This document shows positions 11,464-20,528 of a stretch of 50,243 nucleotides of DNA, piece after piece. Below the pieces are notes generated by a model. The model ran no database searches and was not told the DNA's origin. It saw only the letters and a program-made list of their open reading frames with translations. The stretch spans positions 1-50,243 of the forward strand of contig JACQWB010000205.1 in assembly GCA_016209385.1 (NCBI GenBank), written 5' to 3'. Each line of letters starts with the position of its first letter. The first letter of the stretch is position 1. This stretch comes from Candidatus Rokuibacteriota bacterium (GTDB lineage Bacteria > Methylomirabilota > Methylomirabilia > Rokubacteriales > CSP1-6). Made by a program: the position numbers and the translations under genes.

Positions 11464-13572
11464 ATGCCCAGACACGGATTCCCCCACGATCGCCCGTCAC
11501 CGAAAATCCTCTATATCGAGGACAACGCCGAGAACCGCATGCTGGCCCGCGCGGTCCTCGAGGCCGCAGGCTACACGGTGGTCGAGGCGGAGGACGGCCT
11601 GGCGGGTATCGAGGCCGCGATTCGCGAGGACCCGGCCCTCATCCTCCTCGACATCAACCTGCCCGGCGTCAACGGCTACGAGGTCGTCGCCGTCCTCAAG
11701 TCGTTCCCGGCGGTCTCCACCACGCCCGTGATCGCCCTGACCGCCTACGCGATGGACGGTGACCGCCAGCGCACGCTCGTCGCGGGGTGCGACGGATACC
11801 TCCAGAAGCCCATCGACGTGGACACCCTTCCCCGGCAGGTTGCCGAGTTCCTGGAGGGCAAGCGCGAGCGGGTCGAGGAGCGCGAAGAAGGCGTCTACCT
11901 CCGCGAGCTCAACCAGCGCCTGGTCTACCGGCTGGTGAACCAGGTCGAGAACCTCAAGCGCCTGAACGATCACTTCGTGCGGCGGGCGGGCCAGCTCGAG
12001 GATCTGCACCGGGTGTTCCAGGACATGACGTCGGAGCTGGAAGTCCGCACGCTGCTCGAGCGGCTCCTGGCCGGCCTGGTGCGGGCCCTGGGGACGACCA
12101 GGCTCACCGTGGAGCTTAGCGAACCAGCCGGCCTGAGAGTGACCGTGCGCGGCGACGAGGGCGGGCACCCGCGCAGCATGCTCCGCAACGAGCCGGCTGA
12201 GGACTGGAACGAGGTCGAGTGGACCATCCCCCTCATGATCCGCGGACGGCCGCTGGGCCTCATGCGGGCACACCACGTGCTGCCGCCAGGGGCGAAGGCC
12301 GACGAGGAGAACCTGGTCAAGATCGTCGCCAACCAGGTCGCCACCGCGGTGGAGAATTCGCGCCTCTACGCGGACGTGACCCGCAAGATGGCGGAGCTGA
12401 AGCAGGCGCAGGCGCAGCTGATCCAGTCCACGAAGCTGGCCGCCATCGGGGAGCTGGTCGCGAACATCGCGCACGAGCTGAACAACCCGCTGACCAGCGT
12501 GCTCGGCTTCGCCTCGTACCTGATCGGCGCCCTCAAACCCGGCGACCCGATGCGCGAGGAGCTGACGCTGATCCAGCAGGAGGCGGTGCGGGCGCGCGAC
12601 ATCGTGCGCGACCTGCTCCAGTTCAGCCGCCAGAGCCAGTTCAGACCCGAACCCGCGGATCTCAACGCGGTGGTCGAGCAAACGGTCGCGATGGTCCGGC
12701 GCCAGGCCGGCCTCGAGCACGTCGTGTTCTACGAGATCTACGCCCCGGATCTCCCCGCCGTCGAGGTCGACGTGCCCCGGATCAAGCAGGTGTTCGTGAA
12801 CCTCATCAACAACGCGCTCCACGCGATGCCGGACGGGGGCTCGGTCACCATCCACAGCGCCGCGGCCGACGGGTTCGTTCAGGTCGAGTTCGCCGACACC
12901 GGAACCGGGATCGCGCCCGGGCACCTCGACAGGATCTTCGAGCCGTTCTTCACCACCAAGCCCGACGTGAGCGGCACCGGCCTCGGGCTCTCGGTGAGCC
13001 TCGGGATCGTGCAGAGCCACGACGGCACCATCGAGGTCAAGAGCGAGCTGGGCAAGGGCTCGACCTTCACGGTCAAGCTGCCGATCAAGGCCGGGGTCCA
13101 CTCCGACGGGGCGAACCGCTCCGGCCCACAGGCGGGGGCCGGCAGCACGCCCGGTCGCGCGAGCCCGGCCGCGACGCTCGCGCCGACATCCGACGGCCCG
13201 GTCTCGCTGTCGGGGCTGCGGATTCTCGTGGTCGAGGACGATCGGCCGGTGCAGGACCTCGTGCGGGCCTACCTGGAAGCCGCGGGGGGCACGACCGTCG
13301 GCGTCCCGAACGCCGACGAGGCGCTGAAACGACTCGACGGCGCGGTGGACCTGATCGTCTCCGACCTCTACCTGCCCGGCATGGACGGGCTCACGTTCTA
13401 CCGTGAGGTCAGCGCCCGCCATCCGGCCCTGCGTCGCCGCTTCCTGCTGATGACCGGCGGCCTCGTCACCGAGGCGGTCCAGGCCTTCATGGCCGAAGCG
13501 AACGGCAAGCTCCTTCGCAAGCCGTTTTCGCGCGAGGAGCTTCTCGAAGTCGTACGCGACGTCCTCAGGTGA
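11464..13572 (+). CDS. Hybrid kinase: DivK-like REC, degenerate GAF, HisKA, HATPase, REC
   Basis: [44 protein letters not shown], and a second REC paralogous to that of 2049-4112. Confidence 0.92.
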   Translation: MPRHGFPHDRPSPKILYIEDNAENRMLARAVLEAAGYTVVEAEDGLAGIEAAIREDPALILLDINLPGVNGYEVVAVLKSFPAVSTTPVIALTAYAMDGDRQRTLVAGCDGYLQKPIDVDTLPRQVAEFLEGKRERVEEREEGVYLRELNQRLVYRLVNQVENLKRLNDHFVRRAGQLEDLHRVFQDMTSELEVRTLLERLLAGLVRALGTTRLTVELSEPAGLRVTVRGDEGGHPRSMLRNEPAEDWNEVEWTIPLMIRGRPLGLMRAHHVLPPGAKADEENLVKIVANQVATAVENSRLYADVTRKMAELKQAQAQLIQSTKLAAIGELVANIAHELNNPLTSVLGFASYLIGALKPGDPMREELTLIQQEAVRARDIVRDLLQFSRQSQFRPEPADLNAVVEQTVAMVRRQAGLEHVVFYEIYAPDLPAVEVDVPRIKQVFVNLINNALHAMPDGGSVTIHSAAADGFVQVEFADTGTGIAPGHLDRIFEPFFTTKPDVSGTGLGLSVSLGIVQSHDGTIEVKSELGKGSTFTVKLPIKAGVHSDGANRSGPQAGAGSTPGRASPAATLAPTSDGPVSLSGLRILVVEDDRPVQDLVRAYLEAAGGTTVGVPNADEALKRLDGAVDLIVSDLYLPGMDGLTFYREVSARHPALRRRFLLMTGGLVTEAVQAFMAEANGKLLRKPFSREELLEVVRDVLR

Positions 13573-16500
13573 TCAGCCGGAAGCCAGGTGTCCGGATGGT
13601 CAAGGCGTGGCTCGGCCGCGTCCGAAGCGTCCAGCGACTGCTCAACACCTTCGCGGCCCAGGCCGCGATGGCCATCGAGAACGCGCGGCTCTACGAGGAG
13701 GCCGAGCGGCGGCGGCAGGAGGCCGAGGTCCTGGCCGACGTGACTCGGACCATCAATGCCTCCCTGGACCTCGGCACCGTGCTGCAACGGGTGACCGAGG
13801 CCGCCAGGGAGCTGTGTGCGAGCGACGCGGCGCGGATCGGGCTCCTGGAGCCCGGGTCGGACACCCTCGTCTTCCGGCACCGGGCGGGGGCACGCTACGA
13901 AGGGTACGACACCTTCCGCGTCGAGCCCGGAAAAGGGGTGAGCGGGCTCGTGCTCGTGACCGGGCGCCCGTTCCGCACCGACAACTACGCCGAGGATCCG
14001 CGGATCACCAAGGACTACCTCTGGCTGGCGCGCGAGGAGGGCGTGGTCGCGCTGATGGCCGTCCCGATCCGGATCGGTGATCGCGTCGAAGGGCTGGTCA
14101 TCGTGCACAACCGCGCGCCGCGCCCGTTCAGCGACCAGGACGAGGCGATCCTGCTCAGGCTCGCTGACCACGCCGCCATCGCGATCCAGAACGCGGGACT
14201 CTACGCGGAGACGCAGCAGCGCCTCCGCCACACCGAGACCCTGCTGGCCGCGAGCCAGGCGATCAGCTCGACGCAGGACCTGACCGAGATCCTCCGCAGG
14301 ATGACGCGCGAGATCGTCAGGACCCTCGGGGCGGACACGGGCGGCGCGTGGCTCGTCACGCAGACCCGCGACGGCTTGCTCCCCGTTGCGGGCTACCGCG
14401 TCCCCAAGGAGCTGGTCGAGACCTTCGCCCACACCCCGTTCCCGCTCGAGCATCCGATCATCGACGCCGCGAAGCAGTTCCGGGAGCCGATCTATGCGAC
14501 CGACAGCCAGGCCGACCCGAGGTTCGACCATCCGCTCGCGCGGCTGGTCCCCCACAAGTCGGCCCTGGGCATCCCGATGTGGTTCAAGGATCGGATCTTC
14601 GGGGGGGTCGCGATCGCGTGGGTGCGCGAGCGGCACCGGTTCACGCCCGAAGAGGTGCGCCTGGCGGAGGGAATCGCGCGGCAGGCCGCCCTCGCCATCG
14701 AGAATGCCCGCCTCCTGGAGACCGAGCGCGAGCTCGAGCAGCGCCAGAAGACCATCGCCGCGATGGGCCGGGACCTGGCAAGCGAGATCAACATGCATCG
14801 GCTCCTCCCCATGATCACCGAGCAGGCCCGCCAGCTCATGGGCAGCCATGCGGCCCTCCTGCTCCTCCTCGAGGGGGACGAGCTGGTGTTCCGCAGCGCG
14901 GTCGGGGTGGACGACGAGCTGAAAGCGATCGGGAGGCTCAAGGTCAACCAGAGCCTCACGGGACGAGTCATCCGCGAAGGCAGCCCGCTCATCTGCCCGG
15001 ACCTTGCCGAGGACGCCGACTGGCGGGAGACGCCCGTGGTGCGCCGCTTCGGATACCGGGCGATGCTGGCGGTCCCCATGAGGCTCAAGGACCGGACGCT
15101 CGGCGTGCTCAAGCTCCTCCATCGCGAGCCCCGGCCCTTCCGCCCCGAGGACGCAGAGCTGCTCGGCGCCCTGGCCGCCCAGGCCGCGCTCGCGATCGAG
15201 AACGCCCAGCTCTACGAGGAGACCCGGCAGCGACTCGGGCAGACCGAGACCCTGCTGGCCGTGGGCCAGGCGGTGGGCTCGACGCTGGACCTGAGCGAGA
15301 TCGCCCGCCGCACGATCCGGGAAATGGTCCGGGTCCTCGGCGCTGACATGGGGGGAGCCTGGTGCCTCAGCCCGAACCGCGACTGCTTCGTGCCGCTCGC
15401 CGGGTATCGCGTCCCCAAAGAGCTGGTCGCGACCTTCGCGCGCGCCCCGCTCAGCCTCGGGGACGGCTTCGTCGAGATCGCCAGGCAGCTCGAGGGGCCA
15501 ATCTACTCCAGCGAGAGCCAGACGGACGCGCGGTTCGACCACCCGCTGGCCCAGCTGATCCCTCACAAATCCGTCCTCGTCCACCCGATGTGGCTCAAGG
15601 GCGAGCTGATCGGAGGGTTCGCTGTCGTCTGGGTGCGGGAGCCCCACTCCTTCACGTCGGAAGAGATCCGCCTGGTCGAGGGGATCGCGCGGCAGGCGGC
15701 GATCGCCGTTGACAACGCCCGGCTGCTGGAGGCGGAGCGCGAGGCCCGGGAGCGGCTGGCAGTCTCGGAGACCCGCTACCGTGAGCTCTTCGAGAACATC
15801 CTCGACATCGCCTACGTCCACGACCTCGAGGGGAAGATCCTGGCGGTCAACGAAGCCGGCGTCCGCGCGACCGGCCGGGCCCGGGAGGAGCTCCTCGGGA
15901 TGGACATCGCCCAGGTGGTCGCGCCCCAGGACCTGACCCGGAACCGGGACCTCGTACGCCGGATGATCAGGGGCGAGCGCGTCCCCGAACTGTTCACCAC
16001 CGAGCTGATCCAGAAGGACGGGAGTCGGGTGGCCCTCGAGTGCAGCGGCCGCCTGGTCTTCAGGGACGGCAAGCCGGTGGCCGTCCAGGGGATCGCCCGC
16101 GACGTCACCGTCCGGCGCAAGCTCGAAACGCGCCAGGCCGCCTTCGTCGAGATCGTGAAGGAGCTGGCAACCGAGGATGACTTCGAGCGGCTCTTCTCGT
16201 TGATCGGCCGGCGGATCTGCGAGCTGCTGGGGACCGACAGCTCGGCCACCCTCCTGCTCGAGGGGGACGAGCTGGTGCTCCGCGGCGCCTACGGGCTCGA
16301 GGACGCCCTGCGCGCGCGCCCGCCCCGGAAAGTCTCCGAGAGCCGCGTGGGACGTGTCGTGCTGACGAAGAAGCCCCACGTCTCCTCGGACATGACGAGA
16401 GACCCGCACTGGCGCGACTCGGTCATCGTGACCGAATTCGGCTACCGCGCCGTCCTGGAGGTCCCGGTCATCCTCCGGGGGCAGGTCATCGGAATACTGG

Positions 16501-18770
16501 GGGTCCTGAACAAGTCGCCGAGACCATTCTCGGCCGAGGACGTGGGCCTCCTCGTCTCGCTGGCCAGCCACGCCGCGATCGCGTTCGAGCGGACGAACCT
16601 CCTGAAGGAGCTGAAGACCCGGCTCCGGGAGACGCAGACGCTGCTCGCCATCACCCAGGAGGTCACCTCGACCCTGGACCTGACGGAGCGCATGCGCCGC
16701 GTCGCGCGGGAGGCGGCCCGGGCGCTCGGGGCCGACATGGTGGGCGCTTTCCTCGCGGACCCCGAGGAGAAGTACCTCCACCCGATCGCCGGCTACCACG
16801 TGCCGAAGCAGTTGCTGGGGCCGTTCATGACGTTCCCGATCCCGATCAAGGGCCACCGGCTGCTGGAGGAGGCCTGGGAGCACCACCGCCCGGTCTACTC
16901 CAGCGACGCCGAGGCGGATCCTCGGGTCGACCCCGAAACCCTCCGGCGCTTCCCCCAGCGCTCGGTCCTGTTCTGCCCGATGATCGTCAAGGGGCAGCCC
17001 GTCGGCGGTCTCTTCGTCACCTGGTGGGAAGCCGAGCATCACTTCACGCCGGAGGAGCTCGACCTCGTCGAGGCGATCGGCCGCCAGGTCGGCATCGCCA
17101 TCGAGAATGCCCGCCTGTTCCAGGAGGCAGAGCACCAGCTCCAGGAGATGACGGGGCTCCACCGGATCGCCCAGTCCATGTCCACGCTGACCGACATCCG
17201 GGAGACGTACGGTCGATTGACACGTCAGGTCGCCGAGCTCGTGGGCGCCCGGCGGTCGCTGATCGCGCTCTACGACCGCCGCCAGCGGCGGATCGTCGGC
17301 CAGATGCCCGGCTACGGGGTGAGCGAGGACCTCGTCCGGGACATCCAGGCCCCCGAGCTCGCGGAGGCGGCGCGGCAGGTCGGGAACCTCCGGAAGCTGG
17401 GGAGCTTGATCCTGAACAACCCGCGCGATCTCCCGGCCCGCGTCCAGGAGTTCATCGATCGCCACCAGCTCGAGTCCATCGCGGCCGTGCCGCTCAGCGT
17501 CGAGGGAGAGGTCATCGGGATCCTCTATGCCGCTGACAAGCCTGGCGGCTTCACCGACAGGGACGCGCGCCTGCTCGAGGTCTCGGCGAGCCAGGCGGCG
17601 GTCATGATCAGGAACGCGCACCTCTACCAGCAGGTCAACGAAGCCTACGAGTCCCTGAAGGCGACCCAGGCCCAGCTCGTCCAGGCGGAGAAGCTCGCCG
17701 CGACGGGCCAGCTGGCGGCGGGGGTGGCCCACGAGATCAACAACCCGCTGTCCGTGATCCTGGGCTTCTCCTCGCTGGCGCTGGAAAAGCAGCCGTCGAA
17801 AGAACTCGGCGACGACCTGGAAACGATCCGTACCCAGGCGTTGCGCGCGGCGAAGATCATCCGGGACCTCCTGGTCTTTGCGCGGCCGAGACCGCACGAG
17901 CGCGTCCCGGTGGACGTCAACGAGGCCCTCCGCCAGACGCTCAGCCTGCAGGCCTACCACCTCAGCACCGACCAGATCGAGGTGGTGTGGAATCTGGCCG
18001 AGCCGCTCCCCAAAACCCTGGCCGACCGCGGCCAGCTCCAGCAGGTGATCCTGAACCTCGTCCTGAACGCCCACCACGCGATGAAGGCCACCCACGGACG
18101 CGGGACGCTCTGGATCGAGACTGGCAGCAACCGAACCCATGTCTGGGCCAAGGTCCGGGACGACGGCCCCGGCATCGCCCCGGAGCTGCTCCCCCGGATC
18201 TTCGACCCGTTCCTGACAACCAAGCCGGTGGGACAGGGAACAGGGCTCGGCCTCAGCATCTCGTACGGGATCCTCCAGGCCCACGGCGGACAGCTCCTCG
18301 CCGAGAGCGAGGCCGGTCGGGGGGCGACGTTCACGATCATGCTTCCCGCCATCGAGAGCGAGGTGAAGCCGCCGACGGAGGCGCCCGAGCCGGCCGCCGA
18401 GTCAACGCGGCAGCTGTCGGTCCTCGTCGTGGACGACGAGCCGACGGTCGCTCGTCTGCTCTCGCTGATGTTTGAACAGATCGGGCACCGTGCGGAGGTC
18501 GCTCACTCGGGACGCGACGCTATGACGATGCTCGCGCGGGGCACGTACGACCTCATGACGCTGGACCTCAGGATGCCCCACATGAGCGGGCAGGAGGTCT
18601 GGAAGGCCCTCCAGACGCTGAACCTCCCGCGCCGGCCGAGCGTGCTGTTCGTGACAGGCGACATCGCGAAAGAGGTCAGGACCTTCCTGCAGGAATCCGG
18701 CCAGCCCTACCTGGAAAAGCCGTTTCAGCCCGCCGAGCTTCGAGAGCGGCTGAAAGATCTGCGCCTTTGA
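13569..18770 (+). CDS. Giant soluble hybrid kinase: 7 GAF, PAS, HisKA, HATPase, REC (N-terminus starts with a GAF remnant)
   Basis: Repeated AIENARL/AIQNAGL GAF ends, a PAS domain (RYRELFEN...GIARDVT), AHEINNPL, GQGTGLGL, and REC (VVDDE, LDLRMP, EKPF). No TM segment. Confidence 0.92.
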   Translation: MISRKPGVRMVKAWLGRVRSVQRLLNTFAAQAAMAIENARLYEEAERRRQEAEVLADVTRTINASLDLGTVLQRVTEAARELCASDAARIGLLEPGSDTLVFRHRAGARYEGYDTFRVEPGKGVSGLVLVTGRPFRTDNYAEDPRITKDYLWLAREEGVVALMAVPIRIGDRVEGLVIVHNRAPRPFSDQDEAILLRLADHAAIAIQNAGLYAETQQRLRHTETLLAASQAISSTQDLTEILRRMTREIVRTLGADTGGAWLVTQTRDGLLPVAGYRVPKELVETFAHTPFPLEHPIIDAAKQFREPIYATDSQADPRFDHPLARLVPHKSALGIPMWFKDRIFGGVAIAWVRERHRFTPEEVRLAEGIARQAALAIENARLLETERELEQRQKTIAAMGRDLASEINMHRLLPMITEQARQLMGSHAALLLLLEGDELVFRSAVGVDDELKAIGRLKVNQSLTGRVIREGSPLICPDLAEDADWRETPVVRRFGYRAMLAVPMRLKDRTLGVLKLLHREPRPFRPEDAELLGALAAQAALAIENAQLYEETRQRLGQTETLLAVGQAVGSTLDLSEIARRTIREMVRVLGADMGGAWCLSPNRDCFVPLAGYRVPKELVATFARAPLSLGDGFVEIARQLEGPIYSSESQTDARFDHPLAQLIPHKSVLVHPMWLKGELIGGFAVVWVREPHSFTSEEIRLVEGIARQAAIAVDNARLLEAEREARERLAVSETRYRELFENILDIAYVHDLEGKILAVNEAGVRATGRAREELLGMDIAQVVAPQDLTRNRDLVRRMIRGERVPELFTTELIQKDGSRVALECSGRLVFRDGKPVAVQGIARDVTVRRKLETRQAAFVEIVKELATEDDFERLFSLIGRRICELLGTDSSATLLLEGDELVLRGAYGLEDALRARPPRKVSESRVGRVVLTKKPHVSSDMTRDPHWRDSVIVTEFGYRAVLEVPVILRGQVIGILGVLNKSPRPFSAEDVGLLVSLASHAAIAFERTNLLKELKTRLRETQTLLAITQEVTSTLDLTERMRRVAREAARALGADMVGAFLADPEEKYLHPIAGYHVPKQLLGPFMTFPIPIKGHRLLEEAWEHHRPVYSSDAEADPRVDPETLRRFPQRSVLFCPMIVKGQPVGGLFVTWWEAEHHFTPEELDLVEAIGRQVGIAIENARLFQEAEHQLQEMTGLHRIAQSMSTLTDIRETYGRLTRQVAELVGARRSLIALYDRRQRRIVGQMPGYGVSEDLVRDIQAPELAEAARQVGNLRKLGSLILNNPRDLPARVQEFIDRHQLESIAAVPLSVEGEVIGILYAADKPGGFTDRDARLLEVSASQAAVMIRNAHLYQQVNEAYESLKATQAQLVQAEKLAATGQLAAGVAHEINNPLSVILGFSSLALEKQPSKELGDDLETIRTQALRAAKIIRDLLVFARPRPHERVPVDVNEALRQTLSLQAYHLSTDQIEVVWNLAEPLPKTLADRGQLQQVILNLVLNAHHAMKATHGRGTLWIETGSNRTHVWAKVRDDGPGIAPELLPRIFDPFLTTKPVGQGTGLGLSISYGILQAHGGQLLAESEAGRGATFTIMLPAIESEVKPPTEAPEPAAESTRQLSVLVVDDEPTVARLLSLMFEQIGHRAEVAHSGRDAMTMLARGTYDLMTLDLRMPHMSGQEVWKALQTLNLPRRPSVLFVTGDIAKEVRTFLQESGQPYLEKPFQPAELRERLKDLRL

Positions 18771-18771
18771 C

Positions 18772-18887
18772 TCGGAGGGGGGCCACCCACGCCGACCTCC
18801 CGCGCTGTCGCGCGGGTGTGGCGCGGGTACCCGCCCCTTCCGAACCTCCCCCCAGAACAGCTTGCGCCGGCAAAGCCGGCGCTCGAG
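18772..18887. repeat. Family A composite repeat (reverse orientation)
   Basis: tcggagggggg...gggtacccgccccttccga-acctccccccag...cgccggc-aaa-gccggcg-ctcgag. Confidence 0.85.
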
Positions 18888-18949
18888 CCTGAGGGGGGGG
18901 TCCCCCTAGGTCAGTCGGCGGGGGCCTCGCTTGAACATCAGCTCAGGCC

Positions 18950-19216
18950 TCAGTCGTATGTGTGCTCGTTGCGCCTGCGCACTCCTTCGACCCGGATCTC
19001 ACGCACTTCGTCGGCAACCGTATACAGGACCCGATAATCGCCGATTCGAATCCGATAGGCTCCATGACCCGAAAGCTTCTTCGTGCCTGGCGGCCGCGGA
19101 TTCTCCCGGAGGGAGTGGATTGCTGCCGCGATCCGGAGGTAGGTCTCGTCATCGAGGGCGTCCAGCTCTTTCCGCACCGACCGGCTGCGGAAGCGAACGC
19201 GGTAGGGTTCAGCCAC
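18950..19216 (-). CDS. relE: RelE/ParE-superfamily (RelE/StbE-like) toxin
   Basis: KELDALD...RIAAAIHSLRENPRPPGTKKLSG...YRIRIGDYRVLYTV. Overlaps the antitoxin stop codon. Confidence 0.88.
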   Translation of the reverse strand: MAEPYRVRFRSRSVRKELDALDDETYLRIAAAIHSLRENPRPPGTKKLSGHGAYRIRIGDYRVLYTVADEVREIRVEGVRRRNEHTYD

Positions 19217-19493
19217 CTACCGCCCGACGCCTCCGTCCCAGCCTTCTCAGCCGAGCCCGATCGTAGCTTTCGAAATCAGCCAGCGCCTCGCGCCCCCGGG
19301 ACTGAACGATCTTCCAGTCCGGGTCTTCAGGCAGGACTTCCTCGATGCGGATCTCTCGGGATTCGAGCAGCGCGGCCTCGAGGAGTCGGTTCACGATCCA
19401 GCTCATGCTACGGTCCCGTCGACCGGCTTCCGCTTTGAGGGCCTGTGCCACCTCGGCGTCGAGGACCACGCTGACCGTTTGCTTGTTTCCCAT
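19209..19493 (-). CDS. Ribbon-helix-helix (CopG-like) antitoxin
   Basis: QTVSVVLDAEVAQALKAEAGRRDRSMSWIVNRLLE matches the RHH pattern, with an acidic tail. It lies immediately upstream of the toxin. Confidence 0.8.
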   Translation of the reverse strand: MGNKQTVSVVLDAEVAQALKAEAGRRDRSMSWIVNRLLEAALLESREIRIEEVLPEDPDWKIVQSRGREALADFESYDRARLRRLGRRRRAVGG

Positions 19494-19648
19494 GACGTCG
19501 CCTTCGTCTTAAGCTACACGAATAACCAAGAGAACACAAGAACCCTTCCTATAACTTCTGCGTTTGGAGGGTCGGGCTGCGAAGCCCAGGGGACACCGCC
19601 CCTGGTCGGCCCAGCCCGGGGAGGATCGGCAGGGGCGCTCAAGCCGGA

Positions 19649-20103
19649 TTCGATTCCTCCCCTTAAGGGTGTGGTTGGGAAAGAAACGAATTCCGAGCAC
19701 CGTTCAGGAGCCGGCTCCACCGCTCTGGCCCTCGCCGAGGAGCTGCTCATACATTACGCCCTCCTCCACCGCCACAGCTCCTGGGGCAGGCGCGCCGTCC
19801 CGTCAAACGTGATCAGGCACGGTCCCACCTCACCCACCTGTCATTTCCCGAAACCTTTCCCCCAGGGTTTCTCAAAACCTTTCCTCCACCCCTGAGGGCC
19901 GGCGGTGGTTCTCTGCTTACGCCATCTTGAGCGCTCCGAGCAAGCCTTTTCTTCTGCGCTGAGCAGGCGTTTCGGGCGACCCTGGTCGTCTGGCGAGGGC
20001 CGTAGAGGCTCCAAAAGGGAGTCAAGGGAGATCCGCACGCCTACCGCCGGACTACCCCAAATTCGATTCCTTCCCAACCTCACCCTATAGGGGAAGAAAC
20101 GAG
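19649..20103. repeat. Pair of 45-bp imperfect inverted repeats (19649-19693 and 20059-20103) enclosing 365 bp
   Basis: The reverse complement of 19649-19693 matches 20059-20103 at 36/45 positions by manual alignment. Each copy is itself an imperfect palindrome. Confidence 0.75.
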
Positions 20104-20139
20104 TTCGGTCCTCGAAAACGAGCCAGGAGCCGAGCGCCC

Positions 20140-20523
20140 ACCCGCCCCTTCGGGGGCGGGTACCCGGCCCACGCAATCGGTTTGGGGAGAGGCATCGGAA
20201 GGGGGCGGAGCCCCCCTCCGAGGCTTTCTAGCGCGGGCTTGGCCCGCGCAACCAACTCGGGCCTCGCCTCGGGGCTGTCTTCGCCGGCGGGGCGGCGGCC
20301 GCCCCTCGGCTCGAACCACCATTCCCGGGGGAGGCTCGGAGGGGGCCGTCGAGGCCCCCTTCGAGGGGATCGAGCGCGGGCTTTGCCCGCGCAACCTGTC
20401 CGGGGGGGGGGAGGCATCGGAAGGGGGGCGTCAGCCCCCCCCGAGGGAAGTTTCGAGCGCCGGCTTTGCCGGCGCAATCCGTCGTGGGGGAGGCTTCGGA
20501 AGGGGGGCGGAGCCCCCCTCCGA
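20140..20523. repeat. Tandem array of four family A units with one embedded family B unit (20255-20315)
   Basis: Four cycles of [cgc(g/c)ggc-ttn-gcc(c/g)gcg-caa]-linker-[gggg(g)a(ga)gg-tcgga(a/g)ggggg-loop-ccccc..cga], the first unit being degenerate. Preceded by a perfect acccgcccc-TTCG-ggggcgggt hairpin. Confidence 0.92.
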
Positions 20524-20528
20524 GCTCT

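Noticed and set aside
13398-18284. 1628-aa antisense ORF (also 1953-3629, 4006-5145, 9136-10338, 11497-13422 and similar)
   Set aside because: The two I checked (13398-18284 and 11497-13422) are codon-in-register with the real sense genes. Antisense stops would need sense TTA/CTA/TCA codons, which are rare at this GC content. None of these ORFs has a recognisable motif.
19479-20176. Small ORFs (19479-19895 +, 19841-20176 -) as a phage/plasmid replication gene remnant
   Set aside because: Short motifs (NNQENT, PPLKGVVG, KPFPQGFSKPF) are only vaguely reminiscent. There is no continuous domain, and parts are translations of the inverted repeats.
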